DNA of 64,000 bases from an uncultured Verrucomicrobiae bacterium (GTDB taxonomy: Bacteria > Verrucomicrobiota > Verrucomicrobiia > Chthoniobacterales > UBA10450). The notes beneath the pieces are model-generated. The model saw nothing but the letters and a program-made list of their open reading frames with translations, ran no database searches and was not told the DNA's origin. Within the stretch, counting starts at the first letter, position 1; every line of letters starts with the position of its first letter. A program made the position numbers and the translations under genes. Positions 36,998 through 46,169 of this stretch are shown here, piece by piece. The DNA is taken from assembly GCA_963735805.1 (NCBI GenBank), contig CAVTMK010000002.1:800001-864000 (forward strand), given 5' to 3'.

Positions 36998-39736
36998 TTA
37001 GGGTTTTCGTAAAGGCCCGAGGCTGGGTTTGCGCGTTACTTCTGCAAGCTCGCGAGCGTATTGCAGCGTGTCGATGGCATCCACACTCTTATCGCGCCGG
37101 ATGGCTTTGATTCTCGGAAAGCGCAGTGCGAGTCCACTGGCATGGCGCGTGCTGGGCTGAATTGAATTGAAAGCGACTTCGATGATCACGTCTGGTTTCA
37201 CTTCGCGGTACCGGCCATGCTCTACGATCGTGTTCTGTTTAAAATGCTCGGTTAACTCTGCGATCTCTGCATCGGTCAATCCGCTGTACGCCTTGCCAAT
37301 TGGCAAAAGGTTACCAGTGGTGTCATCGCGTACGGCAAATGTGTAATCGCTCAACACGTTGTTGCGTTTGCCATGTCCAAATTCGACTCCTACGACCACG
37401 ACATCCAGCGTCGCCAGTTCTTTCTTGAGCTTGAACCAAAACATACCGCGGTTGCCCGGTAGATAGAAGCTGTCGGGGTCTTTGATCATCAGCCCTTCAT
37501 TCAAGCGTTGCCTCGCCTGTTGGAACACCCGCTCGATCTCAGCAGCAGAATGCACAGGCACTACCCTGGACACTTGAAAGTGCGACGGCAATCGGACGCT
37601 ACTGAGATGTCTTCGTCTTTCATGCAGCGGGGTCTTCAACAATGACCGGCCGTTCAACCAAAGAAGATCAAAAATCACAAACGCGACAGGCACATCCGCC
37701 GCCGCGTGAGCGAATAAGTCGGCAGCGTTATTCTTTCGTCCCAGTCGCTTCTGCAAATCGAAAAAGGTCAGTTCGCGATCCTTCTCGAAAGCGATGATTT
37801 CTCCGTCGATAATCAGCTCTTCGTCGAAATTTCTGGCGTGATCGGCCAACTCTGGAAATTGACCCGTGATACGGCGCAAGTCGCGAGAGAAAATCTCGAC
37901 CTGTCGCGCAGTGCGGTGCAACTGCGCGCGAATCCCGTCGAATTTGTCTTCCAAATAAACGGTCGTTGGCGTTGGCTCTTGGCTGTCCTCTGCAGCTTCT
38001 GCGAACCGTTTCCAAACGGCTTGGGCTGTAGATTCGGGAATCGCAAGCATGGATTTGATCGGACGAAAAACCGACAGTTCTGCGCGGTGGAGTTCATTTC
38101 GTGAAGCGAGCAGGGCCGTCCGACCGACGTCGCCTAGCAACATGTTCGCCTCCCTTACCTGCTCAACAGGGACAGCGAACCCCTTCGCAATTGCCTCCTC
38201 GACCAACCCTTCACGCAATCCGATACGCAGATCCCCAGTCAAAATCTTGACAGCGTATTGACCTTCGCGCGCGGACAATCTGCAGAATCGATCTCCCAGA
38301 ATCTTGGCCTTGGCGATGGGGCCGCGAGCGCTGTAAAGATTTTCAAACAAGTCGCCGGATTCGCGGATGCTGAAGGGTTGTGGTGTGGTTCGCCCGTCCA
38401 GAACTTCGAACGCGGTCTTGCCCGCATCGCCATGAGCACTGGCAACGCGGTGAAATTCCGCGTCGCTGACCTTTGCAGTCGCTTGCAGCGCGCGGAAGAT
38501 CACGGCCCAACCCACCTGCATTGTGCGCGGATCGCTTTGGGCAAAGGCTTTCCCGCTGAAGTAAGGGGTCGCGACCAAGAGTTGCTCGCTCGTTAGGCTG
38601 CGCAAATAATCGGCGAGGAGTCGAATTTTATCCAGTTTAGCGGGAGTGGTGGCAATCGCTTCACCGACATTTGCAAACTCAAGGAATTCCGAGGCTTTAG
38701 CGGACGCGCTTCCGCCGTGTTTGATGGCGAGCGTAACGAGGGGAGCGCGGGCAGGAACCTCTGGCAGCGTAAACTCCATTTGGTTTTCTTCACTTAAGGC
38801 CCACGCTTCTATTCCGCGCTGCCGCAAATCGCCTGCAAACGCCGCAGCGAAACCGTGCAGCGTAAATACCCGACGCGGTTGAACAAGTTCTACGTAGCGG
38901 AGCAGGTCCTTGTAATCAGCGTGGTCAGAAAGTGCAAATGCCGCGTCAACCTGGTAGCGATAGAGCGCGTTTGGATCGACCGCCCAGCCACTGATCATCG
39001 CCACGCGTTTGCGCGCAATCTTTTCCAACATATGCGAACGATTCGCGCTGGGCGGACAGATCAGAACTTTCCCGGCAACATCGTTTGGGTGGTACCGAAC
39101 ATATTTGCAAAACGATTGGCCAGCTTGCTCGTAAATGCGGGTCATCTGAAAAACCGAACCGTGGAGCATCGGCGTCAGCCCGGCTCCATCGAGCGAACAC
39201 AGTATTTCCTGCGCTTTGCCTAACGAGTACCCTAACAAGACGGGCACTCCCCCGTCATCAATCGTTTCGCGGCAGAAAGCAACGATTTGGTCAATGACTT
39301 CCCCTGTTGCCGGAAATCGATAGCGTGGCAGGCCAAATGTCGTTTCCATAATGAGCGTATGAGCGTTGCGCCACTGCGCCGGCTCGGCCGATTTTCCGGG
39401 GCGCAGCTTAAAATCGCCGGTATAGAGCAATGTCTCGTTCTCGGCAAAAAGGAGACACTGTGCCGAACCGAAGATATGTCCGGCTGGCAAGAGCATAAGG
39501 TCTAGGCCATAGAGATCTCGTCTTTCGGAAAATTCCAGAATATGCTCTTTCCGGGAGCCCGGCAATCGTCGTTGCAACAACCGCGCTGTACGCTCGGAAA
39601 CGATGATCTCTTCGTGCGGCGCAATGTGGTCGCCGTGTGCGTGCGAAACGAAAGCAAATCGCTTTGCATCCCGTGGGTCGAGCCATAAATCCTGCTGCGG
39701 CAGGTACACCCCACGTTCATAGCGAACCTCAATCAT
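36998..39736 (-). CDS. Fusion: MBL/beta-CASP ligase-associated exonuclease + ATP-dependent DNA ligase
   Basis: N-half SHAHGDH, PAGHIFGS, YTGDFK, METTFG and LSDHAD. C-half EDKFDGIR (KxDG adenylation site), EGLMIK, WFKLK and LRFPRI. Confidence 0.92.
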   Translation of the reverse strand: MIEVRYERGVYLPQQDLWLDPRDAKRFAFVSHAHGDHIAPHEEIIVSERTARLLQRRLPGSRKEHILEFSERRDLYGLDLMLLPAGHIFGSAQCLLFAENETLLYTGDFKLRPGKSAEPAQWRNAHTLIMETTFGLPRYRFPATGEVIDQIVAFCRETIDDGGVPVLLGYSLGKAQEILCSLDGAGLTPMLHGSVFQMTRIYEQAGQSFCKYVRYHPNDVAGKVLICPPSANRSHMLEKIARKRVAMISGWAVDPNALYRYQVDAAFALSDHADYKDLLRYVELVQPRRVFTLHGFAAAFAGDLRQRGIEAWALSEENQMEFTLPEVPARAPLVTLAIKHGGSASAKASEFLEFANVGEAIATTPAKLDKIRLLADYLRSLTSEQLLVATPYFSGKAFAQSDPRTMQVGWAVIFRALQATAKVSDAEFHRVASAHGDAGKTAFEVLDGRTTPQPFSIRESGDLFENLYSARGPIAKAKILGDRFCRLSAREGQYAVKILTGDLRIGLREGLVEEAIAKGFAVPVEQVREANMLLGDVGRTALLASRNELHRAELSVFRPIKSMLAIPESTAQAVWKRFAEAAEDSQEPTPTTVYLEDKFDGIRAQLHRTARQVEIFSRDLRRITGQFPELADHARNFDEELIIDGEIIAFEKDRELTFFDLQKRLGRKNNAADLFAHAAADVPVAFVIFDLLWLNGRSLLKTPLHERRRHLSSVRLPSHFQVSRVVPVHSAAEIERVFQQARQRLNEGLMIKDPDSFYLPGNRGMFWFKLKKELATLDVVVVGVEFGHGKRNNVLSDYTFAVRDDTTGNLLPIGKAYSGLTDAEIAELTEHFKQNTIVEHGRYREVKPDVIIEVAFNSIQPSTRHASGLALRFPRIKAIRRDKSVDAIDTLQYARELAEVTRKPSLGPLRKP

Positions 39737-39844
39737 AAAGCGCAATTTACGTTCAGATTCGTGCCACTTCCATCCGAGCTCGAGAACCTGGATATGTGGG
39801 TTGTTCGTTTGACACTCGATTCAAAACCCGGCTTTATTAAACAA

Positions 39845-40435
39845 ATGAAATTTGCCCACGTACTCCTTGCTTTGGGCTCGGCGTTTGTCGCTTTCTCCAG
39901 CCAGGGCGCTCGCGAGGAACCAAGAGTCGTGGAAAAAGTAACACCGCTCCCACTGGCGTTAAGCAATGATTTCCAGTTTCGGAAGACGAAGCTTTTCTTT
40001 TTGAGCGATAAACCGCCAAAACCAGGTGAACGCGCCCGCCAGTCAACCAGCACGCTTGGTGGAAAATCAAATTCACCGAGCCAGAAAACAGCGACCCTTC
40101 AGGATGCTCCCATCACTTTTGAGCGCCAGTATAGACTCTTTGGGGCGGTAACGGGACTCGATCAGCGTCAGCGTTTCGGCGATTATTTTGATTTTTTCTG
40201 GAGGTCCAAGCGCCCGTCCGATGTCACAGTGCGTTTGGAATATCGCCAGGAGAAACTGCACGAACACGTCCAGGCGCAGGAAATTTCATATCGAAATGTG
40301 CGTGGCACTCATAAGACTGAATTCAAGGTCGTCGGAGACGATTATTTTGATGATGGCCGCGTGATCGCATGGCGATGTCTGCTGATCGAAAGCGGCCGGA
40401 TCGTTGCGGAAAATCGCTCCTTTATGTGGGAGTAA
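39845..40435 (+). CDS. Conserved exported hypothetical protein
   Basis: Signal-like N-terminus at ATG 39845, beta-rich body VTVRLEYRQ...GRVIAWR, ends SFMWE. Confidence 0.7.
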   Translation: MKFAHVLLALGSAFVAFSSQGAREEPRVVEKVTPLPLALSNDFQFRKTKLFFLSDKPPKPGERARQSTSTLGGKSNSPSQKTATLQDAPITFERQYRLFGAVTGLDQRQRFGDYFDFFWRSKRPSDVTVRLEYRQEKLHEHVQAQEISYRNVRGTHKTEFKVVGDDYFDDGRVIAWRCLLIESGRIVAENRSFMWE

Positions 40436-40536
40436 TATCAGGGGAAGTTTTGTCATGTTCGGCTGTTTGCGTGAGGCGGTCTTTCGTGCCCGGGATTCCG
40501 AATCATTTCCAGAAGTTTTACCGGGTTCGGTGAGCA

Positions 40537-40566
40537 TTGACAGCATGCCTTCCGAGCTAGTATCTT
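40537..40566 (+). promoter_or_regulatory. Sigma70-like promoter upstream of the STAS-PP2C-grpE-dnaJ run
   Basis: Perfect TTGACA, 18-nt spacer, TATCTT. Confidence 0.5.
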
Positions 40567-40579
40567 TTAATTAGAAACT

Positions 40580-41095
40580 GTGGACTCATCTATTCAAGTA
40601 GGGGTGAGCGGTCCAACCGTATGGGTGAAGGTGGAGGGGAAAGGTAGTTTCCTCAATAGTGGTAATCTCAAAGAGTTTGCGCGTGAGATGTTGGACCGCG
40701 GCTATCGCGAATTTGTGGTGGATCTGGCGGACTGCGCCATGATGGACTCCACATTTATGGGAACGATGGCCAGCGTGGCGCTTCGACTCAGGGAGTTAGG
40801 ACATGGACATCTCCACATCGTTCACTGCGGGAACCGTAGTCAGGACCTTCTTTCTGGACTGGGTTTGGATCAGATATTCGATATTCGCGGTAACGGTGCC
40901 AGCCCCCCTGACTGCGGAGCGCTCGAACGAACCCCCGCGGTCCGGTCTCCTGAGGAGAAAAAGAAGCAGCAAACAGAAACGATGTTGGCGGCGCATGAGG
41001 CGCTTTGCGAGGCGGCGCCGGAAAATATCCTTCGCTTTAAAGACGTTCTCGATTTCTTAAGACAAGACCTTCATCACGAGACGCCTTCGAAGTAA
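40580..41095 (+). CDS. STAS-domain anti-sigma-factor antagonist
   Basis: VVDLADCAMMDSTFMG (D-S phospho-serine motif), LGLDQIF, C-terminal helical extension. Confidence 0.88.
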   Translation: MDSSIQVGVSGPTVWVKVEGKGSFLNSGNLKEFAREMLDRGYREFVVDLADCAMMDSTFMGTMASVALRLRELGHGHLHIVHCGNRSQDLLSGLGLDQIFDIRGNGASPPDCGALERTPAVRSPEEKKKQQTETMLAAHEALCEAAPENILRFKDVLDFLRQDLHHETPSK

Positions 41096-41107
41096 GCTGG
41101 CCCCTGC

Positions 41108-42547
41108 ATGACATGGCCGACTCTTCTTCTTGGACTGTTTGTCGCGTCTGTCGCCGGGTGGGTTATGACTGCTTGGTTCCAGTTACGGCGGATTCGAAGC
41201 CTGGAGCGTCTGCATGAAGAGATTCAGGTCGAAGAAACGCTCGTTTTCGATTTTTTGCATGGCCTCGGCGAGGCTTTCCGAGAGACCATTCGGCCTCAGG
41301 AACTGCACCGGCTCATTGTCGAGGGTGCTACGCGTGTGCTCGATGCGTACGGCGGCGCGCTCTACGTGACCGATCGAACGGGCGCCAAACTTACCCCAGC
41401 GTTTATTTCCAAAGGCTGTCCTCCGCTGGTGGATGTTCCACCGGGTATTTTGCAACAAGCGGCAGCTGCTCCGATCGAGCTCGAGAGCTTTCTGCGGTTG
41501 CACGCGATCGGATCAGGTGAAGGGCTTATTGGTCGGGTCTGGCAAACTGGACAGTCTGTTTGTTTAACTGACTTATCCGAAGCGCCCGAGTTGGCGAAAT
41601 TGCGTGGCAGCGCTTTTGGCAGCGCATCGATCATAGCTGCATCGCTACGGTATGGAAACCAGGACCTGGGCGTTTTAGCCCTGGCCCAGGGCCCGGGGGG
41701 TCCGCCTTTTTCGCAGGGTGATTTCGTTGTTTTCAAGTCGATCTCAGAGCAGTCAGCTTTTGCGCTTTACAACGCCATCATTTACTCAATGGCCAACGAA
41801 AAAAAGAGACTTGATCACGACCTTGAGATCGCTCGGGATATTCAGCGCATCTTGCTTCCATCGGAGGCGCCGGCCATCAACGGATTTCAGATCAGCGGCC
41901 TCAATGTGGCCGCCCGCCAGGTAAGTGGCGATTATTTCGATTACATTCAGGTCGATGAAGAACGGCTCGGTGTAGCGATTGCAGATGTGTCAGGCAAGGG
42001 CGTCCCTGCATCACTTATCATGGCGATCTGCCGCAGCGTCTTGCGCGCGGAAGCAGTCCGCAACCCCTCTCCAGCCGACGTCTTGCGAAAGGTCAACCGG
42101 CAACTTTATCCCGATATCAAGGAAGACATGTTCATCAGCATGGCTTATTTAATTCTCAATCATCATCGAGATGGCGTGACACTTGCACGCGCAGGACATG
42201 ATGCGCCATTACTTTATAAGCAAAAGTCACAAACGGTCACACCTTTGAAACCGCCGGGAATGGTCGTGGGCATTGACAGTGGGAGCGTGTTTGATAGGCT
42301 AACGATCGACTTCGCTGTCTCGCTCGAGCGCGATGATTGCCTCCTCCTCTACACCGACGGCGTGACCGAAACGCTGAACGCCGAGGGAGACGAGTTTGGC
42401 GTCGATCGCATGATGCAATCAGTTCGTGCCAGCGCGAGCAATGGGGCACAAACAATTGTTAGGAAGATTATCGAGGACGTTCGCGATTTTGCAGGGTCCG
42501 TTCCTCAAAACGACGACATCACTTTGATTGCCATTCGCAAAACATGA
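41108..42547 (+). CDS. Membrane-anchored GAF + PP2C/SpoIIE phosphatase (RsbU-like)
   Basis: N-terminal TM, GAF GEGLIGRVWQTG, VSGDYFD, IADVSGKG, YTDGVTE, DDITL. Confidence 0.9.
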   Translation: MTWPTLLLGLFVASVAGWVMTAWFQLRRIRSLERLHEEIQVEETLVFDFLHGLGEAFRETIRPQELHRLIVEGATRVLDAYGGALYVTDRTGAKLTPAFISKGCPPLVDVPPGILQQAAAAPIELESFLRLHAIGSGEGLIGRVWQTGQSVCLTDLSEAPELAKLRGSAFGSASIIAASLRYGNQDLGVLALAQGPGGPPFSQGDFVVFKSISEQSAFALYNAIIYSMANEKKRLDHDLEIARDIQRILLPSEAPAINGFQISGLNVAARQVSGDYFDYIQVDEERLGVAIADVSGKGVPASLIMAICRSVLRAEAVRNPSPADVLRKVNRQLYPDIKEDMFISMAYLILNHHRDGVTLARAGHDAPLLYKQKSQTVTPLKPPGMVVGIDSGSVFDRLTIDFAVSLERDDCLLLYTDGVTETLNAEGDEFGVDRMMQSVRASASNGAQTIVRKIIEDVRDFAGSVPQNDDITLIAIRKT

Positions 42548-43116
42548 AAAAGATCCCCGTTACTGAACACAATAAACAAATGAAACAATCCGCAGCGTCC
42601 AGTTCGATGCCTCCACCTGTTGCATCCAGGACGGATGCCGCAGCCAGTGAAGGAGAAGATCCGATGGCTGGGTTGCAAGCCGATCTCGACCGGTTTCGAG
42701 ACCTCGCATTGCGCAGTCAGGCTGATTTCGAGAATTATAAGAAACGCTGCGCGCGCGAAAAGGAAGAGGCGATCAAGTATGCCAACAGATCTCTACTGGA
42801 GCGTTTGGTTGGAATTTTTGACAATTTTGAGCTTGGTCTTGCAGCGGCAAAAGAGCGGGGCGCAGACTCTCCCATTTATTCCGGAATGGTGCTCATCCAG
42901 AAACAACTCAATGATTTGCTGGCCGAAAACGGATTGCAGCCGATCGAAGCCGATGCGAAAACATTTGACCCCAACCTTCACGAGGCAATTTCCCATGAGG
43001 CGAGCGATCAAGTTCCTGAGGGAATTGTCCTGCGCCAGGCGCGGCGCGGGTATCGATTTAAAGACCGCTTGCTGCGACCTGCAAAAGTGGTTGTTTCCAG
43101 CGGGCAAGCCAAATAA
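42544..43116 (+). CDS. grpE: Nucleotide exchange factor GrpE
   Basis: LRSQADFENYKKR, FDPNLHEA, GYRFKDRLLRPAKVVVS. Confidence 0.95.
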   Translation: MKKIPVTEHNKQMKQSAASSSMPPPVASRTDAAASEGEDPMAGLQADLDRFRDLALRSQADFENYKKRCAREKEEAIKYANRSLLERLVGIFDNFELGLAAAKERGADSPIYSGMVLIQKQLNDLLAENGLQPIEADAKTFDPNLHEAISHEASDQVPEGIVLRQARRGYRFKDRLLRPAKVVVSSGQAK

Positions 43117-43197
43117 CTCTCAAGCTCCTCCTATTCTTGCTCTGCTTTCGCCTTATCAAGCAGAAGCGTGATCATAAACGAGCGTAGGATTTAAAAG

Positions 43198-44337
43198 ATG
43201 CCAACTGAGAAACGCGATTACTACGAGGTGTTGGGCGTTGGACGAAACGCGACCGATGAGGAAGTCAAACGCGCCTATCGCAAGCTTGCCGTCAAGTTTC
43301 ATCCAGATAAAAATCCGGACGACCCGCATGCCGAGGAAAAGTTCAAGGAGTTAGGCGAAGCGTACGATGTCTTGATCGATTCTGACAAGCGCGCCGCCTA
43401 CGATCGGTTTGGCCACGCGGCATTCGCACCCGGCGGTTCGGGCTTTGGCCAGAGCGTTTTCCACGATCCGTTTGAGATTTTCCGGGAAGTCTTCGGCGGA
43501 GGAGGAATTGGCGGCGGCATTTTTGAGACATTTTTTGGTGGCGGCGACCGCCAAGAGGATCGAAAGCGCGGATCCGATTTGCGCTATGACATGCAGATCA
43601 AACTGGAAGAAGCAGCGTTTGGCGTCGACAAGGAGATTGAGCTCACGAAGCTCAATACCTGCGACAAATGTAATGGGAGCGGCGCTGAATCAGGCTCGCG
43701 TACGATTCCCTGTCCTAATTGCAACGGCCGTGGCCAGGTGATCAGTTCGCGTGGATTTTTTCACGTTTCACAGACGTGTTCTCATTGCCGCGGTGCTGGT
43801 GAAGTAATTGAGAAACCGTGTCAAAAATGCCTGGGTGAAGGACGGATCGAAAGATTAAGCCGTGTTAAATTGAAAATACCGGCTGGAATCAGGGAGGGGT
43901 CACGATTGCGTTCTCTTGGCAACGGCGAGGCCGGCATTCGCGGTGGTCCTCCGGGCGATCTTTACGTTGTCATTCATCTTAAGGAACACAAGATTTTTCA
44001 GCGCGAGGGCGACGATCTGTATTGCGAAGTGCCGATTCCTTTTTCTGTTGCAGCGTTGGGCGGAGAGATTGATGTGCCGACGCTGGAAGGCAAGGCGGAT
44101 CTGAAGGTGCCGGTGGGCACGCAAAGTGGGCAGATGTTTAAACTACGCAGCAAGGGAACTACAAACATCAACGGGCGCGGTCGTGGTGATTTGTTCGCGC
44201 GTTTAATCGTCGAGGTGCCGTCGCGCTTGAATTCAGAGCAACGCCGCAAGCTCGAGGAGTTCGCAGCTCTTTGCGGTGACGAAAACACGCCGTTACGCAG
44301 GAGTTTTTTCGAACGCGCTAGGGAATTTTTTAAATAG
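43198..44337 (+). CDS. dnaJ: Molecular chaperone DnaJ
   Basis: J domain with HPD, G/F-rich region, four CxxCxGxG repeats. Confidence 0.97.
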   Translation: MPTEKRDYYEVLGVGRNATDEEVKRAYRKLAVKFHPDKNPDDPHAEEKFKELGEAYDVLIDSDKRAAYDRFGHAAFAPGGSGFGQSVFHDPFEIFREVFGGGGIGGGIFETFFGGGDRQEDRKRGSDLRYDMQIKLEEAAFGVDKEIELTKLNTCDKCNGSGAESGSRTIPCPNCNGRGQVISSRGFFHVSQTCSHCRGAGEVIEKPCQKCLGEGRIERLSRVKLKIPAGIREGSRLRSLGNGEAGIRGGPPGDLYVVIHLKEHKIFQREGDDLYCEVPIPFSVAALGGEIDVPTLEGKADLKVPVGTQSGQMFKLRSKGTTNINGRGRGDLFARLIVEVPSRLNSEQRRKLEEFAALCGDENTPLRRSFFERAREFFK

Positions 44338-44351
44338 GACCGCCAGATTCT

Positions 44352-45215
44352 GTGGTTCAAAATGGTGTCAAAATAATCGAATGCCCCCGTGACGCTTGGC
44401 AGGGTCTCAAGCGGCAAATTCCAACGGAACTCAAGGTGCGTTATCTTCGCGCTTTAATCGAGGCAGGGTTCAAGCACATCGATGCCGTTAGCTTTGTCTC
44501 TCCTAAAGCCGTTCCACAGATGGCTGATAGCGAGAAGGTGCTCGAGCAACTCAACGTACCCTCCGATGTCGAAATCATTGGCATCGTGGTCAATGAAAAA
44601 GGGGCTGAGCGCGCTATCGTGACCGGGCAAGTTAGGACACTGGGTTACCCGTGCTCCGTTTCTGAAACGTTCCTGCGCAAAAACCAAAACCAGACGCTCA
44701 CGGATTCCTACAAAACGTTGGAATCGATCAAGGCAAAAGCCGACGAGGCCCGCCTTGGGCTAGTCGTTTACATCTCGATGGCGTTCGGAAATCCGTACGG
44801 CGATCATTGGGATGAGAACGAGTTGCACCGGGCAGTATCGACACTACTTGCCGTTGGTATTCGTTCGATTTCCTTGGCTGACACAGTTGGAGTTGCCGGC
44901 GCTGAGCTGATTCGCAGAGTGGTGCAATCCATCAGGAACCAATGGGCCGATTATGATATTGGCGTGCATCTTCACAGCGCGCCGAGGGAGGCTGCGGCCA
45001 AGGTCCTTGCTGCTTACGATGCTGGATGCCGGCGGTTTGATTCCGCCCTCGGTGGTCTCGGCGGATGCCCTTTCGCGCAGGACGCGCTGGTTGGAAACAT
45101 TCCTACTGAGAGCGTAATGGCAGCTCTTCGAGAGCGCGGTATAGAGCTGCCGTTAAGCAAATCGTTGGCGAGTGTCCTGGCGATCAACTCTCTCGTCGCA
45201 TCCGACTACGAATAA
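44352..45215 (+). CDS. Hydroxymethylglutaryl-CoA lyase family protein
   Basis: ECPRDAWQG, SFVSPKAVPQMAD, LADTVG, HLH, GGLGGCPFA, GNIPTE. Confidence 0.88.
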   Translation: MVQNGVKIIECPRDAWQGLKRQIPTELKVRYLRALIEAGFKHIDAVSFVSPKAVPQMADSEKVLEQLNVPSDVEIIGIVVNEKGAERAIVTGQVRTLGYPCSVSETFLRKNQNQTLTDSYKTLESIKAKADEARLGLVVYISMAFGNPYGDHWDENELHRAVSTLLAVGIRSISLADTVGVAGAELIRRVVQSIRNQWADYDIGVHLHSAPREAAAKVLAAYDAGCRRFDSALGGLGGCPFAQDALVGNIPTESVMAALRERGIELPLSKSLASVLAINSLVASDYE

Positions 45216-45261
45216 GAAATCTGAACGTGTGCGATAAGCTGCTATTAGACCCTCAAATCGT

Positions 45262-46014
45262 ATGCATCGCTTCTTTGTCTCCCCGGAAAACTGGAAGCCT
45301 GGCGCCCCTACATTAGCTGGCTCGGAAGCACACCATGCGCGCGACGTTTTGCGCATGAGGGTAGGGGAGAAACTAGTCCTCTTCGACGGACGTGGACACG
45401 AAATCACCGCGGAGATCGTCGATCTTGGCGGGGATGCAATTAGATTGAGAAAATTGCACGAAGCGGAAACGGCGCGCCTGGAATGCCGGATCGTCCTAGG
45501 GCAGGCAATGCCGAAGGGAAAAAACATGGACTTGATTGTGCAAAAGGCGGTCGAAATCGGTGCTGCCGAAATTGCGCCGATCATTTCAGATCGTACGATT
45601 GTGCAGGTCGATTCCGAAAGCGCTTCGCAGAAGCAGTCCAAATGGCAGCAAATCGCAGTTGAGGCGGCTAAGCAATGTGGTCAAAACTGGTTGCCGCGCG
45701 TGCATACGCCGAGAAAACTCTCAGAATTATTTTCTGTACCGGCGGAGGGATCATTCGATCTTCAACTGATCGGATCGCTCCAGCCGGGTGCGGCGCACTT
45801 AAAGAAGGTTCTTGCAGACTATTCAAGCGAGCATCAACATCGTCCTCGCAGTGTTTTGATGCTTGTTGGGCCCGAAGGCGATTTCACGCCCGCGGAACTT
45901 GCGTTTGCGCGTCGTCACGGATGCCAGCCAATAACGCTTGGGCCAATCATCCTTCGAGTAGAAACTGCGGCGATCTATTGCCTGAGCATACTCTCCTACG
46001 AATTGCTGATCTAA
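45262..46014 (+). CDS. rsmE: 16S rRNA m3U1498 methyltransferase
   Basis: HHARDVLR, QKAVEIG, EAAKQCG, GPEGDF, LGPIILRVETA. Confidence 0.95.
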   Translation: MHRFFVSPENWKPGAPTLAGSEAHHARDVLRMRVGEKLVLFDGRGHEITAEIVDLGGDAIRLRKLHEAETARLECRIVLGQAMPKGKNMDLIVQKAVEIGAAEIAPIISDRTIVQVDSESASQKQSKWQQIAVEAAKQCGQNWLPRVHTPRKLSELFSVPAEGSFDLQLIGSLQPGAAHLKKVLADYSSEHQHRPRSVLMLVGPEGDFTPAELAFARRHGCQPITLGPIILRVETAAIYCLSILSYELLI

Positions 46015-46169
46015 CAACTGGTTGAAGCAAGAAGCGACCACAGGTCAGCTAACGAAACGGATATCGAGACTTTTGCTGATACTCTCAAAGAACACAATTC
46101 CGAGATACAAAGGGTGAGCGATCAGTTTCAAATGACGCGGTGTGCAACACGACTCCTTGCAACCAATCG

